DNA of 64,000 bases from a virus. Taxonomy: Duplodnaviria; Caudoviricetes. Below are positions 47,942-58,559 of the stretch, piece after piece. A model generated the notes under the pieces. The model saw nothing but the letters and a program-made list of their open reading frames with translations, was not told the origin of the DNA and searched no databases. Position 1 is the first letter of the stretch, and each line of letters begins with the position of its first letter. The translations under genes were made by a program, and so were the position numbers. The DNA is taken from positions 32,001 to 96,000 of the IMG/VR virus record IMGVR_UViG_3300022217_000003, one strand, 5' to 3'.

Positions 47942-48872
47942 CTACTTTTACAGTACTACTTGCTTTTGTTATTTTACCCGTCAATGATGATGGGACTGGA
48001 CTCGTTGCTATATATGCAACCACGGCGGCTTTTAACGCTGCTCCTCCATCAGCAGGAACAACAGTCCATGTCATTAAAATATTTACAAGACCAGATAACC
48101 ATGTCCAATACGTAGAATCCTCAGAACTTGTTGATTTTATTTCATCATCTTTTCTGGCAGACCCCTTTGCCCCATCTCCAATATTAATATTATTATCTTC
48201 ATTTATACTTACCAATGTCTTTGTAGCAGATTTGATTTGAACTTTTACTTTTTTATCATCTACATCTGTTAATTCTTCGCCATCATCATCTACAATTCTA
48301 CCAAAAGACACCGTGAGCTCAGGGGAGGTTATCTTATTATCATCGTCCCTATCACCTATTTTAAAAGTTATTTGCTTGGGGGATTCCAATAATATTCTGC
48401 CAATATAATCAATAAATATATCAGCAAGTCCTGAACTTCTAAAGAACAATTCCCCCCATTTTAATATATCATCATCTAATTTATCATCACGCTTATCATC
48501 GTCCTTAATTGGCAACCGATTCATTTTTAGCTTGCTTTCATTGCGCCAATTAGATATTAAATCTGCAGTTGATGGAGGCAATGTGGTTATAATATATGTC
48601 AATCCATTTTGAATAGTGGCTGTTAATACCAATGAATTTTTACTGATTGTTCCAAACACACCCCATGCATAATGCTTATAATCTTCTGGCGTGCTACTTG
48701 ATTGATCACCTATATTAGGGAACACCTGATTCATCTTGGCCTCTACAGGTGTTCCTATAAATGAATAAACAACATAAGCAATATTTTTAGTAGTATCTAT
48801 ACTATCTACCAATCCAATTTTAAGATTAATATCATGGTCTTCATATAATTCTGGGAATCTTTCATCTTTCAT
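47925..48872 (-). CDS. Baseplate central spike (gpV/gp5-like)
   Basis: N-terminal OB-like region, AR..D motif, C-terminal G.IT..S..VKVG; synteny. Confidence 0.65.
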   Translation of the reverse strand: MKDERFPELYEDHDINLKIGLVDSIDTTKNIAYVVYSFIGTPVEAKMNQVFPNIGDQSSSTPEDYKHYAWGVFGTISKNSLVLTATIQNGLTYIITTLPPSTADLISNWRNESKLKMNRLPIKDDDKRDDKLDDDILKWGELFFRSSGLADIFIDYIGRILLESPKQITFKIGDRDDDNKITSPELTVSFGRIVDDDGEELTDVDDKKVKVQIKSATKTLVSINEDNNINIGDGAKGSARKDDEIKSTSSEDSTYWTWLSGLVNILMTWTVVPADGGAALKAAVVAYIATSPVPSSLTGKITKASSTVKVGGSSE

Positions 48873-51454
48873 GATATACTACTATCTATCCCTTCATATA
48901 CATCATCTACTAATTCTTCTATCTTAGTGCCACCTTCATCTATTCTTTTTATACCCGATTCTGATCCCTTAGCCCATTCTAATGTTATTGATTTTGGAGG
49001 TAGATTATTATCATTATTTTCATATTCTGTTAAAACATATGTTGCTATTTTTCTTTTTATAGCATTTTCTTTAGCTCTTTTTCTTTGATCTTCATAATCT
49101 TTTTTATATCCATCTAATTTAGATTCAAAATTAGACCTAGTTGTTCCTGAAAAATTATTCAAATTTGTTTTAAATAGTTGATTGTTATATTGCGCATTAA
49201 GCTCTTGTGCCTTAGCATAAAACTTACTAAATTCAGAATTATAAGATTTTATCTTGAGTTGTAATGCTTGAATTATATCATCTGTCTGGTCTATTATATA
49301 TGCATCGGGATTAGAAAAGTTCAATAATCCAAAATATTGTTCCCAATATCTGCCATGTGTAAGACTTATAGTTGTTATAGTATTTGTTCCAACTTTCCAA
49401 GTATGGGTTATTGAATTTATATAATATACCAATACATTACTTATGTCTTCTTTTACGCCTTGCTTAGGCTTTACTTTTTTACCATCATCTGTGGTTGCCC
49501 CAGATGCCGTTGTATATTGATCAAAAGACAAAAATAATGAATTCAACAATGTACACAGTGTATTATCTTTGAATTTATATGGATTAAAATCTTCTATGCT
49601 TAAATATTTTTTTACATCCCCTGGAATAATAGCGATTGTTTTACCTAGAGATAATTCTGGTCGAAGTGTTATGGATATTGAACCAGATTTGTATTTTGAA
49701 TTCTTCCTATTCATATAACTTTTGGCATAATCTTCTCTAGATTCTTTTTTTTCAGGTCGCCCGAATAAAGGTATTGTTTTTTGCTGTGCTCTATACCCAA
49801 ACCTTTGAGCCAATTTAACATCGGATACATAAGTGGTATTTGCAACCATTCCAACGCTTCCGAATATATCATAATCAACTTTCCCCTCTACCCAAAATAC
49901 AGTGCATATTCCTGAATCATCTTCAGTAAAAGTATATTTTTTTAATTCTTCTTCAAATATTAAATATTGATCTCCATTAATTACTTCATATTCATCTGCA
50001 GTTATATTATTTCTTTCTTTTACCCTATATCTTACACCGGGATTAATATTATAATAAGGTGGTTTATACACCAATTGCCCATTTGAATCCATAAAAAATT
50101 CACATTCTAGTGGAGCAATTATATCATTCTTAATGATATCCCATCTATTTTTATATTGATGATTCCATAATTCAAAAACATTTTTGAACATTCTCAAAAC
50201 AGGCGGAAAATCCTTTACATTGGGATCTATATATAAAGTTTCATTATTAAAATCAGTTTGTTGTTGTATTTCTTTCACTGTTTTATTTTGATCTTTGGTT
50301 TCTTTGCCATTTTCTGAAGGAGATAATTTTAAAAATCCACACCCAGAAGTTTTAGGAGTCTCTACAAAGTATTTTGTCTCAACACTTTGTTCTGCTTGTT
50401 TGGGTACTCCTGTTTTTCTATCGCTAGAAGGCACTATTCCATCTGTATTATAATTATCTATTGCACTTGTTCCAGATATATAAAATAATCTATTTCTATA
50501 TCCATCAAATGAATATAAATATTGATATCTTTCAGGGGTTAACTCCAATATACCCTCTTCCGAACCCAAAACAATATTTTTAATGATTTCTGTCGATAAC
50601 TGAGAGGCTAAGTTAGATTGAAACGGAGTAACTTTTCCATCGCCTGTTATATCATCAAATAATGCCTTGCTTAATGCGGGATTAAAATTATATATAGAAT
50701 TTAATAACCATTTAGCTATATCAGAACATTGAATAGTTATAGTAATTCCGCCGTTATTATAATTCACAGTAGATTTATCAATTAATCCCTCAAACACTTT
50801 GCTATATTTAAGATCGCCATTGGGATTATCAAATCTATTTTGCATAAATACCTTCACTTTATCCATTGGCTTAAAAAAGCATTGTGTTTTTGTGGCATCT
50901 AATATTGGATAATATTTTATTGCATTACTATTAAGATCAATGTCTGTATATGTTAAACTAGCATTATTTTCTATGGCATTATCCGATGCTACTGCTATCC
51001 TCTCTTTTAACGAAGATATTTTAATTGGTAATATACTAATTTTCTGTCCTATAGTTACAGAACTAATATTATTATTTCTTTTGCTTATTTTATCAGTGGT
51101 TGTCCCATATTTCTGGGCAATGCTCTGTAATGTATCATCTTTTTGAACGGTATAAACTATAGGTTGTTTGCCATCTGCTATATCATCCCCAAACCTTGAA
51201 TCATATTTTCTTTCTATTAAAATATTGTGGTTAACCGCAGATATACCCTGTTGTGAAATGTCCACAGGAGGTATAATAATAATATTTGCGCTACCCCTTC
51301 CATCTATAGATACTGTAGTTGTAACCGATTGAAGTCCATTAAATATTTCATAGTATTTTTCAGTATCATATAAGGTTTCATTTGAATCAGAATTACCTAT
51401 ATATTTAGAAATATAAACTATACAATCATATTGTCTTGGTATTACTGTTGACAT
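48869..51454 (-). CDS. Baseplate hub protein with LysM domain
   Basis: YTVQKDDTLQSIAQKYGTT...I.IGQKI LysM; EFF.D.NG.LV.KPP.YN, RFG.R, RPEL.LG, YYI.SITH hub motifs. Confidence 0.8.
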   Translation of the reverse strand: MSTVIPRQYDCIVYISKYIGNSDSNETLYDTEKYYEIFNGLQSVTTTVSIDGRGSANIIIIPPVDISQQGISAVNHNILIERKYDSRFGDDIADGKQPIVYTVQKDDTLQSIAQKYGTTTDKISKRNNNISSVTIGQKISILPIKISSLKERIAVASDNAIENNASLTYTDIDLNSNAIKYYPILDATKTQCFFKPMDKVKVFMQNRFDNPNGDLKYSKVFEGLIDKSTVNYNNGGITITIQCSDIAKWLLNSIYNFNPALSKALFDDITGDGKVTPFQSNLASQLSTEIIKNIVLGSEEGILELTPERYQYLYSFDGYRNRLFYISGTSAIDNYNTDGIVPSSDRKTGVPKQAEQSVETKYFVETPKTSGCGFLKLSPSENGKETKDQNKTVKEIQQQTDFNNETLYIDPNVKDFPPVLRMFKNVFELWNHQYKNRWDIIKNDIIAPLECEFFMDSNGQLVYKPPYYNINPGVRYRVKERNNITADEYEVINGDQYLIFEEELKKYTFTEDDSGICTVFWVEGKVDYDIFGSVGMVANTTYVSDVKLAQRFGYRAQQKTIPLFGRPEKKESREDYAKSYMNRKNSKYKSGSISITLRPELSLGKTIAIIPGDVKKYLSIEDFNPYKFKDNTLCTLLNSLFLSFDQYTTASGATTDDGKKVKPKQGVKEDISNVLVYYINSITHTWKVGTNTITTISLTHGRYWEQYFGLLNFSNPDAYIIDQTDDIIQALQLKIKSYNSEFSKFYAKAQELNAQYNNQLFKTNLNNFSGTTRSNFESKLDGYKKDYEDQRKRAKENAIKRKIATYVLTEYENNDNNLPPKSITLEWAKGSESGIKRIDEGGTKIEELVDDVYEGIDSSIS

Positions 51455-51455
51455 A

Positions 51456-52319
51456 TTATCTTAAAACAACCTTCGAAGGAGTGGTATCAACATAATCTTG
51501 AATACCAATCTTTTTAGTAAATGCATTAACTCCATCTTGTGCCAATTGAGAACTTTTATTAAGGGCTGCATCTGAAAACTTAGTAATAGACCCAGATGGG
51601 TTGGTAAATGTCTCTGCCAAAACCCCAGGAACATTTTTAGAAGTAATGTCCTGTACATTAACATCAACAGGCAATATATTGAATTTAAATCCATAGTTTA
51701 TTATAAATGGAGTGCTTGCATCTAAAGAATAATCAAAACTATCAAAATACCCCCTGTAAGCGGTTCCTTCGTATACAAGAGTGATAATAGGTTTTCCTCG
51801 ATATGGCAAGTCCCCATCAAACCTGCGGTTATAAACATTTTCTTTTATCTTTTCAAATACCTTTAAGGGGTCTTTGGATACACCGGAACCAGTATTGGTC
51901 TTACTTGATTCCCCCGTAAAAATATTTGATTTATTGCCCTTATGGACTCCATAATATCCAGAGGTTGCACTTACTGTTAATACAGTCAGGTCATGTCCCC
52001 AGAATTGAACGACCCACCCACCCTTTGTAAGTGTCTTTCTATTAAATGTTTTTTTACTAACATTTATACTTTGTGGGTCAATATACATTTCCACATCGGG
52101 CAGGCTATATACCCTTTCTGAAAGGCTACCCTCGGAAGAAACAACTTCCGTTGCTTGCAAGGATGTAAATAACATCCTTTTATTTTTTCTGCCATATAAA
52201 CCACTATTTTTTATTTTGAAAGATGGGACTAAGTCTTTTACGGTATTTTTTATAGTATCAAGTGCGCCTTTATCTAAGCTAGATTGAAAAGGCTTATAAT
52301 TTTCATAATCTATAGGCAT
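51456..52319 (-). CDS. Tail tube initiator / baseplate protein
   Basis: MYIDPQSI...TKGGW..QFWG...Y.G..YRGYF.SF.Y...PF...Y.F; lies between tape measure and hub. Confidence 0.65.
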   Translation of the reverse strand: MPIDYENYKPFQSSLDKGALDTIKNTVKDLVPSFKIKNSGLYGRKNKRMLFTSLQATEVVSSEGSLSERVYSLPDVEMYIDPQSINVSKKTFNRKTLTKGGWVVQFWGHDLTVLTVSATSGYYGVHKGNKSNIFTGESSKTNTGSGVSKDPLKVFEKIKENVYNRRFDGDLPYRGKPIITLVYEGTAYRGYFDSFDYSLDASTPFIINYGFKFNILPVDVNVQDITSKNVPGVLAETFTNPSGSITKFSDAALNKSSQLAQDGVNAFTKKIGIQDYVDTTPSKVVLR

Positions 52320-52331
52320 AATTTTTATTCC

Positions 52332-53930
52332 TTAATCTTGTTCCTGAATTTTATTCTTTCTTTCGTAGTCAATTTGCTCTACCTTGCTTTGTATACTTTC
52401 TCCAGTTATTTCAAGTTCAAGTTTACCTTTAATTACTTCTTCTTTTTTACCTGATATAAATGTAGGCATTGCCCCCAAGCCAGGCATTGATACTGAGCCC
52501 GTCCTCCGCATTTCCCTTACGGTTGCAGTCCTTTCTGCAGCCCTTTTTTCTTCTTCTTTTTTAATTGTCTCATCAAACTGCTTTATAGTTTCATTTAATT
52601 CTACTGTATTTCCACTAATTAAAATTATCTGTTTATACCATGCACTTAAGGCATCTGATGTTTTTTTAAGGTCAGAGCGGGCTACGGAGAATTCCTTTAC
52701 AGCCTCTTTTGTTGCAATATTATATTCTTTTGTTGAGCCAGGGACATCTTTTAATGAATCCACTTGCTGTTTTATCATTTTACCGCCTAATGCCCATGTT
52801 TTTGCCGTTTCTGGATCTAAGCCATATGTTTTTGCAAACATAGCGAATTGAATAGGTTCACCACGTTCATATCCACCTTTTGGTCTTTCGCCCAAACCGG
52901 CAAGCCTTGCTATTGATTCCATCATTCCTCGCCCTTGGTCAGTTATTGGTTTACCAGTTCTTAAATCTTTCATTATACCTTGAACTTGAGCTATTTGTTC
53001 ATATACATTACCCCCAAGCCCCATTTGTTGTGCTAAAAAAGCCTGTTTTCCATAATCCATTTGTCTAACACCCGTTGTCAATGCTTCAACCTGTCTTTGT
53101 GCTTGTGCAAATGAAAGACCCCTTTTGGCAGCATCATCAAAATATACTCCTATTTCTTTTATACCTAATCCGAAATCTTGTCCTTTTTTCATCAAATCAG
53201 ATAATATTTCTATACGTTCTTTATTTGTTATATTGTATCCCTTAAGTTGCTTAGACAATTTAAATAATGTTACCTGAGAATCAGTAAGTCCCATTTTATA
53301 CTCAGTCCTAAGTGTTTTGCTAAACTTACCTACTTCCGCAGAAGTTAAAGACAGTGCCTTGCTAGTCCCAAGACTTAATGCCCATAAGTCTTGGGATGAC
53401 GCTTCTTCTGATTTAAATCCCGCTAAACGCATAGATCCTATACGCTTTCGGACTTCTTCTTCTTCTTCGCCTAATAGTTTTGCGCCCTTAACTATAGCCT
53501 GAAAAGTCGATTTCGTTTCTTTTTCCAATGATACATTAAAGTCACCTAATGCATAACTCGTAGATAAAATAACTTTATGTGTTTCATCTAATGCCTTTTG
53601 ATGATCTTTAAACATTTTCCATGTTATTTTTCCAATAGCTATTGCCATTTGTGCGGCTGGATGAGTAACAACCTTATCAAGTTGATCCCCTATTTTCTTA
53701 CCGCCTATGCCCTTAATTCCGCCCTCTATAACACCGGCAATAGATTTACCTAATTTGTCTATGTCTCCCTGAGATATAGAATCAGCAATTCCTTCAATCC
53801 CACTAGCTATTTTTTTACTAGCAGTTTGAGACATTTTTTGTACGGCTTTTTCTATACGTTGAAACTTTTTTATGAATTGTTCTTCTGTCAGACCTTCTAT
53901 ATCAGTTGGATCATACGGATCATCTGGCAT
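52332..53930 (-). CDS. Tape measure protein (short)
   Basis: Helical, A/G/K-rich; follows the frameshifting chaperone. Confidence 0.7.
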   Translation of the reverse strand: MPDDPYDPTDIEGLTEEQFIKKFQRIEKAVQKMSQTASKKIASGIEGIADSISQGDIDKLGKSIAGVIEGGIKGIGGKKIGDQLDKVVTHPAAQMAIAIGKITWKMFKDHQKALDETHKVILSTSYALGDFNVSLEKETKSTFQAIVKGAKLLGEEEEEVRKRIGSMRLAGFKSEEASSQDLWALSLGTSKALSLTSAEVGKFSKTLRTEYKMGLTDSQVTLFKLSKQLKGYNITNKERIEILSDLMKKGQDFGLGIKEIGVYFDDAAKRGLSFAQAQRQVEALTTGVRQMDYGKQAFLAQQMGLGGNVYEQIAQVQGIMKDLRTGKPITDQGRGMMESIARLAGLGERPKGGYERGEPIQFAMFAKTYGLDPETAKTWALGGKMIKQQVDSLKDVPGSTKEYNIATKEAVKEFSVARSDLKKTSDALSAWYKQIILISGNTVELNETIKQFDETIKKEEEKRAAERTATVREMRRTGSVSMPGLGAMPTFISGKKEEVIKGKLELEITGESIQSKVEQIDYERKNKIQEQD

Positions 53931-54093
53931 AATTTATTGTCTCCATTCGCTACATACTCCATTTATATTTTTCTGACCATTCCAGCGTGTACAGTATATC
54001 CAACCACTTGGGGTCTTTACATCTTGTAGATCATACCTATTGGCATACGCACATGTTCCACATTTTTTAACCCTGGCTTTTGTTATTATAACC

Positions 54094-54800
54094 TTATCCA
54101 TTATTAAATTTTTCACCATCTCTTGATAATTGTTGTAATTGTTTAGAGTATTCATCATCAGAAATTGAATGATGTCCGTGGGTCTCTTTTTTTAATTCAT
54201 AAGAAGTTTCAGGTCTTAATCGCATGTTCAGAATTTTCATCCATCCGTCTACTTCTTTGTATTTTTCTTTTTTATCTTCTAAGATATTATACATACACCA
54301 TAGATATTGGGGAGGGTTTATCCCTCCCTCAATATTAATTACTTGATGAATGCCTATTTCTTTTCCGATTCTCCATCTTGTTCTTGACCAGATTTCTCTG
54401 ATTTTTTTTTTAGTTCCCCAACCATAGTTTCTTGTTCTTTAACTAATTGTAAATACTCATTGTATAGTCCATCCATAACTGGCTGAGAAACTTTTTTAAG
54501 AATTCTTAAATTCTGATTAATTAATTCCTGTTTTCTAATCTTCCGACCTTCATCTTCGTCAGGAACACTGACAATAATTTTTTGTCCATCAATTGCCTTA
54601 ATGGATCTTGCCATGGTTTCATGTTGCAAGGCCCTCATTCTGGCTATTGCATCCATATCGCCAGTATTTTCTAATACATCTTTTTGTTCCCCACTGTTTA
54701 ATACCTGCATCCTAAACTTATGCCCCAAAAACACTCTTTCTGCAGATAATCTCCCAATGGCTATCAAAGACTCTAGCGGATTATCAAATCCAAATTGCAT
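54094..54800 (-). CDS. Tail assembly chaperone, extended form produced by -1 frameshift
   Basis: A10 run at 54402-54411; the -1 frame is open from there into ORF 54094-54294. Confidence 0.75.
54354..54800 (-). CDS. Tail assembly chaperone (short form)
   Basis: Between tube and tape measure; ends ELKKKS... Confidence 0.8.
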   Translation of the reverse strand: MQFGFDNPLESLIAIGRLSAERVFLGHKFRMQVLNSGEQKDVLENTGDMDAIARMRALQHETMARSIKAIDGQKIIVSVPDEDEGRKIRKQELINQNLRILKKVSQPVMDGLYNEYLQLVKEQETMVGELKKKSEKSGQEQDGESEKK

Positions 54801-54834
54801 ATTAAGTTCCTCCTATTTTTTTAGTTATTTTGTA

Positions 54835-55380
54835 TTAGCCGTTAAGTATATCCCTAACTTCTATATTACATGTTTCTGTAATTGTTAAATTCCCTGTTGC
54901 GTCAATCGGTCTTGTATAGTTAGTAATAAAACAGTCTATATATTTTGTTACTGATACAGAATCATCAAACGGATCTGTTTCAAATACCTGTATGTTGAAC
55001 GGTATTGGCATTTCTACTATTACAGACCATGCCGATGTTGCTTCATTGACCCCTACTTCCTGTAATTTTGATTTAATGGTTTCATAAAGGTCATTTTCCT
55101 GAACACCTTGACCTGCAAAGATACGTAATAAATTGTATTTATATATAGCAACTTTATTAGCCGTCAAGTTATAGGCAGGCTGTCCAGGAACAAGTTCTAT
55201 ACGACCAGTAGATCCGACTTCATGTATAGGATTAGCGGGTCTTGATTGTGTTTCAGTAAGAGACTGTATATACCCCATAGTAACACCATTGATAACAATA
55301 GTAATCGCAGGAGATACTACAGACTTACCGATCTGAGTTAAGGCGTGGCTATCAGCAGTTTTTTCATAAGGATTTGCCAT
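54835..55380 (-). CDS. Tail tube protein
   Basis: Follows the sheath; G.IQSL...SR....HEVG...ELVPG...Y.DC.I..Y pattern. Confidence 0.8.
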   Translation of the reverse strand: MANPYEKTADSHALTQIGKSVVSPAITIVINGVTMGYIQSLTETQSRPANPIHEVGSTGRIELVPGQPAYNLTANKVAIYKYNLLRIFAGQGVQENDLYETIKSKLQEVGVNEATSAWSVIVEMPIPFNIQVFETDPFDDSVSVTKYIDCFITNYTRPIDATGNLTITETCNIEVRDILNG

Positions 55381-55397
55381 TATCTATATCTCCTTTC

Positions 55398-56726
55398 TTA
55401 TAAATTAGGATTAATTGTAAATGTTACAATAATTGTATTAATAGGATATGCTGGTTTGATGCTGAAACTTACATCTATCTGAGTAGGGGTAGTTGTATTT
55501 TGCGTAGCTGTAATATCGCCAAATGCCGTAATAGCCCCTTCTTCAAATATTTTTGTTAACGTTGCCTGAGTTGTAATTACAATATTCTTTTCAGTTCGTG
55601 GTGTCATTGGCGTAGCAATATAAATTCTGTCAAGAACTTTTCTTACATTCTGAATACAATAGTCCCTGATTAACATAACAGATATTTCTTGATTATCTGC
55701 AGACGAAGCGTCTGTAGTTATACCATGACGTACATCAATGATCCCTGACTTGATATCAAATACCGTAACACTACTACTGGCTAATGAATCCTTTTCGGTC
55801 TCAAGCCAATTAGGTGATTTGTTAAGGTCTGAAAAACCATTAACATTTTTACGTGTCATTGGTTCTTGGACAGGGAACGCAGTCATCATGCCCGCCAAAG
55901 CACATGATATAAAACCACTGTCTAATGTCCTTTCGGTATATGTCCCATCATCATTAATAACTTCTCTCTTTGGTTCATCATAGGGCAGTATCATCCTGTT
56001 ATAGTCCAATGCCTCTGCCTTGGACTTGACAGCAGAGTCAGTGGACCCTACGGCCATAGCTATAAGCCCATAGCGTTCTTTTCTCTGTGTAGAAGAAGAC
56101 ATATACTGAACGTGCGTTTTAAGATAAGTATGTACAGTTGCTGATGTTGACAGTGGAACAATTATTGTAGCATCTAAGCTAGATATCTGATATTTTAATT
56201 TATCAATAGCTGCGGTAAACCCAGCCGAATTGTCGGCTTCTACTTGGACAAGTATTAATTGCTTTGCGCCATTTTCAAAACATATCTTTGCCCCAAGTGA
56301 TAATGTATTAGCATAAGTAGGTGCTCCATATTCGGCTTCAACATCACTCATCCGTGTAAATACCTGTGCATTATAATCGGCTGCAACCTTGGCATATTGA
56401 TAACTTACATAGTAAGTTTCACCCAATGAAGGCTCATCCCCACCTGGTGACCAATCCACCTGACCACTTGTTAAAAGATAATCGGTTGTCACAGAATAAT
56501 TAGACATACCAGGAGCATCACCAACCCTGATAATAGAAGTCGCAGTATTAGCTAACGCATCTGCCGTATTGGCATATACTGAACTTCTATCTACTGCTTC
56601 ATCTGTAATAGTAAAACTAGTTGGTGCAACCCCAATGATTGCCGGTATTCTTGTACCAGCCCCTAAAATAATTGTCCCAGGGTTATTGATAAAATTACTG
56701 TAAACTCCTGGTTTTCTATAAGGCAT
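55398..56726 (-). CDS. Contractile tail sheath protein
   Basis: Y.KPGVY, F.NGA, HV..MS....RKER, P.T.K...GF, VRHGITT, EISV..I.D, P.YPIN.I. Confidence 0.92.
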   Translation of the reverse strand: MPYRKPGVYSNFINNPGTIILGAGTRIPAIIGVAPTSFTITDEAVDRSSVYANTADALANTATSIIRVGDAPGMSNYSVTTDYLLTSGQVDWSPGGDEPSLGETYYVSYQYAKVAADYNAQVFTRMSDVEAEYGAPTYANTLSLGAKICFENGAKQLILVQVEADNSAGFTAAIDKLKYQISSLDATIIVPLSTSATVHTYLKTHVQYMSSSTQRKERYGLIAMAVGSTDSAVKSKAEALDYNRMILPYDEPKREVINDDGTYTERTLDSGFISCALAGMMTAFPVQEPMTRKNVNGFSDLNKSPNWLETEKDSLASSSVTVFDIKSGIIDVRHGITTDASSADNQEISVMLIRDYCIQNVRKVLDRIYIATPMTPRTEKNIVITTQATLTKIFEEGAITAFGDITATQNTTTPTQIDVSFSIKPAYPINTIIVTFTINPNL

Positions 56727-56742
56727 TTTCTAACCTCCTTTA

Positions 56743-57627
56743 TTATTCTTGTATAGTTTGTTCATAATTAAGTTTTGATATTTCTGTATCATATAAGTCT
56801 CTCAAAAACCACTGTGTCGCCAATGAAAGATTAATACTCGCCGCATATAATAATCTGGAACCATAGGGTTCCGTTATTTCTCCGCCACCTGAAACGCCTA
56901 ATACTACTATATTCTTTTTTAATAAATTCCAACGTTGTTTTGCCCATATAGCAGATGTGCATTTATCAACTAGCGATTCCTGCGTACCTTTATCTTCTGC
57001 TATCGCCGTTAAATTAAGGGTCAGGTCATGCCATCCGCCACGATCCTGATAATTCCCATCATCACTATAATAATCCCCTATATAATGATCTCCTATTGAT
57101 ACCATTCTGGGATTTATTGAGCTTCCTGATACTATTATCTGAGGGAAGTCCCTCGTGGTATAGGAAAATCCATTTAAATAAATGGGTCTATCCGTTGCGC
57201 CTGTTGATGGATAGAGATCCTGATCATTATCCAATTCAAATTTCAAAGCATTTAATATATCTTGTCTTAAACGCTTAACGCCTGTGAGTAGTTCCGTACC
57301 CCTATCTATATAATCAGTAGGGGGGTCTTGGACTACTACCTCAACTGTCTTTGTTCCCGTGGTCAATGATGCTTTGGATGCGACAAAGACTATATTATAA
57401 GTCCCTGTTACGGAAGATGTTGGTGTAAATATAGTTCTAAATACGCCATTTACATCACTAACACCAGAAGATGGATTAAATGTTCCACCTTCTGCACAGG
57501 TTACGGTAACGGAAGAATTGTTTATATCAATTCCCTTGGCAGTAATATCCGCTATCATTTCTAGCTTCTCACTCGTAGTAATAGTATTTTGCTTTACCGT
57601 AACATATATCTTTAATTGCGCTGCCAT
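56743..57627 (-). CDS. Tail completion/terminator-like protein with N-terminal Ig-like domain
   Basis: Upstream of the sheath; SDVNGVF.T.FT Ig-like segment; FPQIIV. Confidence 0.55.
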   Translation of the reverse strand: MAAQLKIYVTVKQNTITTSEKLEMIADITAKGIDINNSSVTVTCAEGGTFNPSSGVSDVNGVFRTIFTPTSSVTGTYNIVFVASKASLTTGTKTVEVVVQDPPTDYIDRGTELLTGVKRLRQDILNALKFELDNDQDLYPSTGATDRPIYLNGFSYTTRDFPQIIVSGSSINPRMVSIGDHYIGDYYSDDGNYQDRGGWHDLTLNLTAIAEDKGTQESLVDKCTSAIWAKQRWNLLKKNIVVLGVSGGGEITEPYGSRLLYAASINLSLATQWFLRDLYDTEISKLNYEQTIQE

Positions 57628-57629
57628 TA

Positions 57630-58529
57630 TTATTCTCTACTAAACCAATCCGAAACAGGGAATGGATACTGTTGTCTAGTATCGTCAAAGCTCCTTAATG
57701 TAATATGGTCATAAACCGGATGATTAATATCCAATTCAGTTATTTCTAAATCCTGATGGAGTATAACACCTCTCCAGGTTGACCTTGTTACACTATTGAC
57801 CTCAAACATCCTGTAGTTACTCTTTGAGACCAGATATGTAACAAAGTATGAGTCCAGCGAATCTGGACTACTGCCGAATGATGTCCATAATATACCATTA
57901 TTGGACAATGTATAATCTATATTCTCTTTATAATTCGCTTCTGAATTTGCAGTATCAGATATTTTTTCAATCCTCAGTATATCCTCATTTGATAATGAGT
58001 CAAACTGTATACCACTAACGTCTTCGTCTGTCCTTCTTACTAATTCTTCATCTACAACCCTTTTGTCTTGGACTAAAACATCCCTATCAACCGCCACTAA
58101 TATATCATGTGACAGAAGCTCTGGTTCAGGCATTGTCCATGTTTTGGGATTTGAAATTTTCGCCATACCCGATGGAGTTATCGTAAACTGTAAAACATTT
58201 GGGTTTACTGAAATTAAAGCTTCCCCCTGATATATATACCCACCTGTGAAGCCAGTTGATTTGCACCGCGGACAATTCGCTGAAGGAGCTTGCCTGTGAT
58301 CTTTATAAATCGCACAACTTGGATTATCGCAAATGGTTCCTGCTTTTGGGAATTTCCACGCTTGGAAAGTTTCACCCAAATCTTCTAACAAAAGTCTGTT
58401 TCGATAAAGAATTTGCTCATAAATATAATCAATATCATTTATTTCGCCAGGAACAAGAATGTCCTGATTCCCTCTCGCATCATCTATTAAAGGATGCTTA
58501 TATCTATCTTCATAATCTATTATTCCCAT
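57630..58529 (-). CDS. Neck / head-closure protein
   Basis: LE..GE, C...C....CPRC.STGF.GGY zinc-finger pattern; synteny. Confidence 0.6.
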   Translation of the reverse strand: MGIIDYEDRYKHPLIDDARGNQDILVPGEINDIDYIYEQILYRNRLLLEDLGETFQAWKFPKAGTICDNPSCAIYKDHRQAPSANCPRCKSTGFTGGYIYQGEALISVNPNVLQFTITPSGMAKISNPKTWTMPEPELLSHDILVAVDRDVLVQDKRVVDEELVRRTDEDVSGIQFDSLSNEDILRIEKISDTANSEANYKENIDYTLSNNGILWTSFGSSPDSLDSYFVTYLVSKSNYRMFEVNSVTRSTWRGVILHQDLEITELDINHPVYDHITLRSFDDTRQQYPFPVSDWFSRE

Positions 58530-58559
58530 ATATAATCAACTTTAAGTACTTTAACTATC

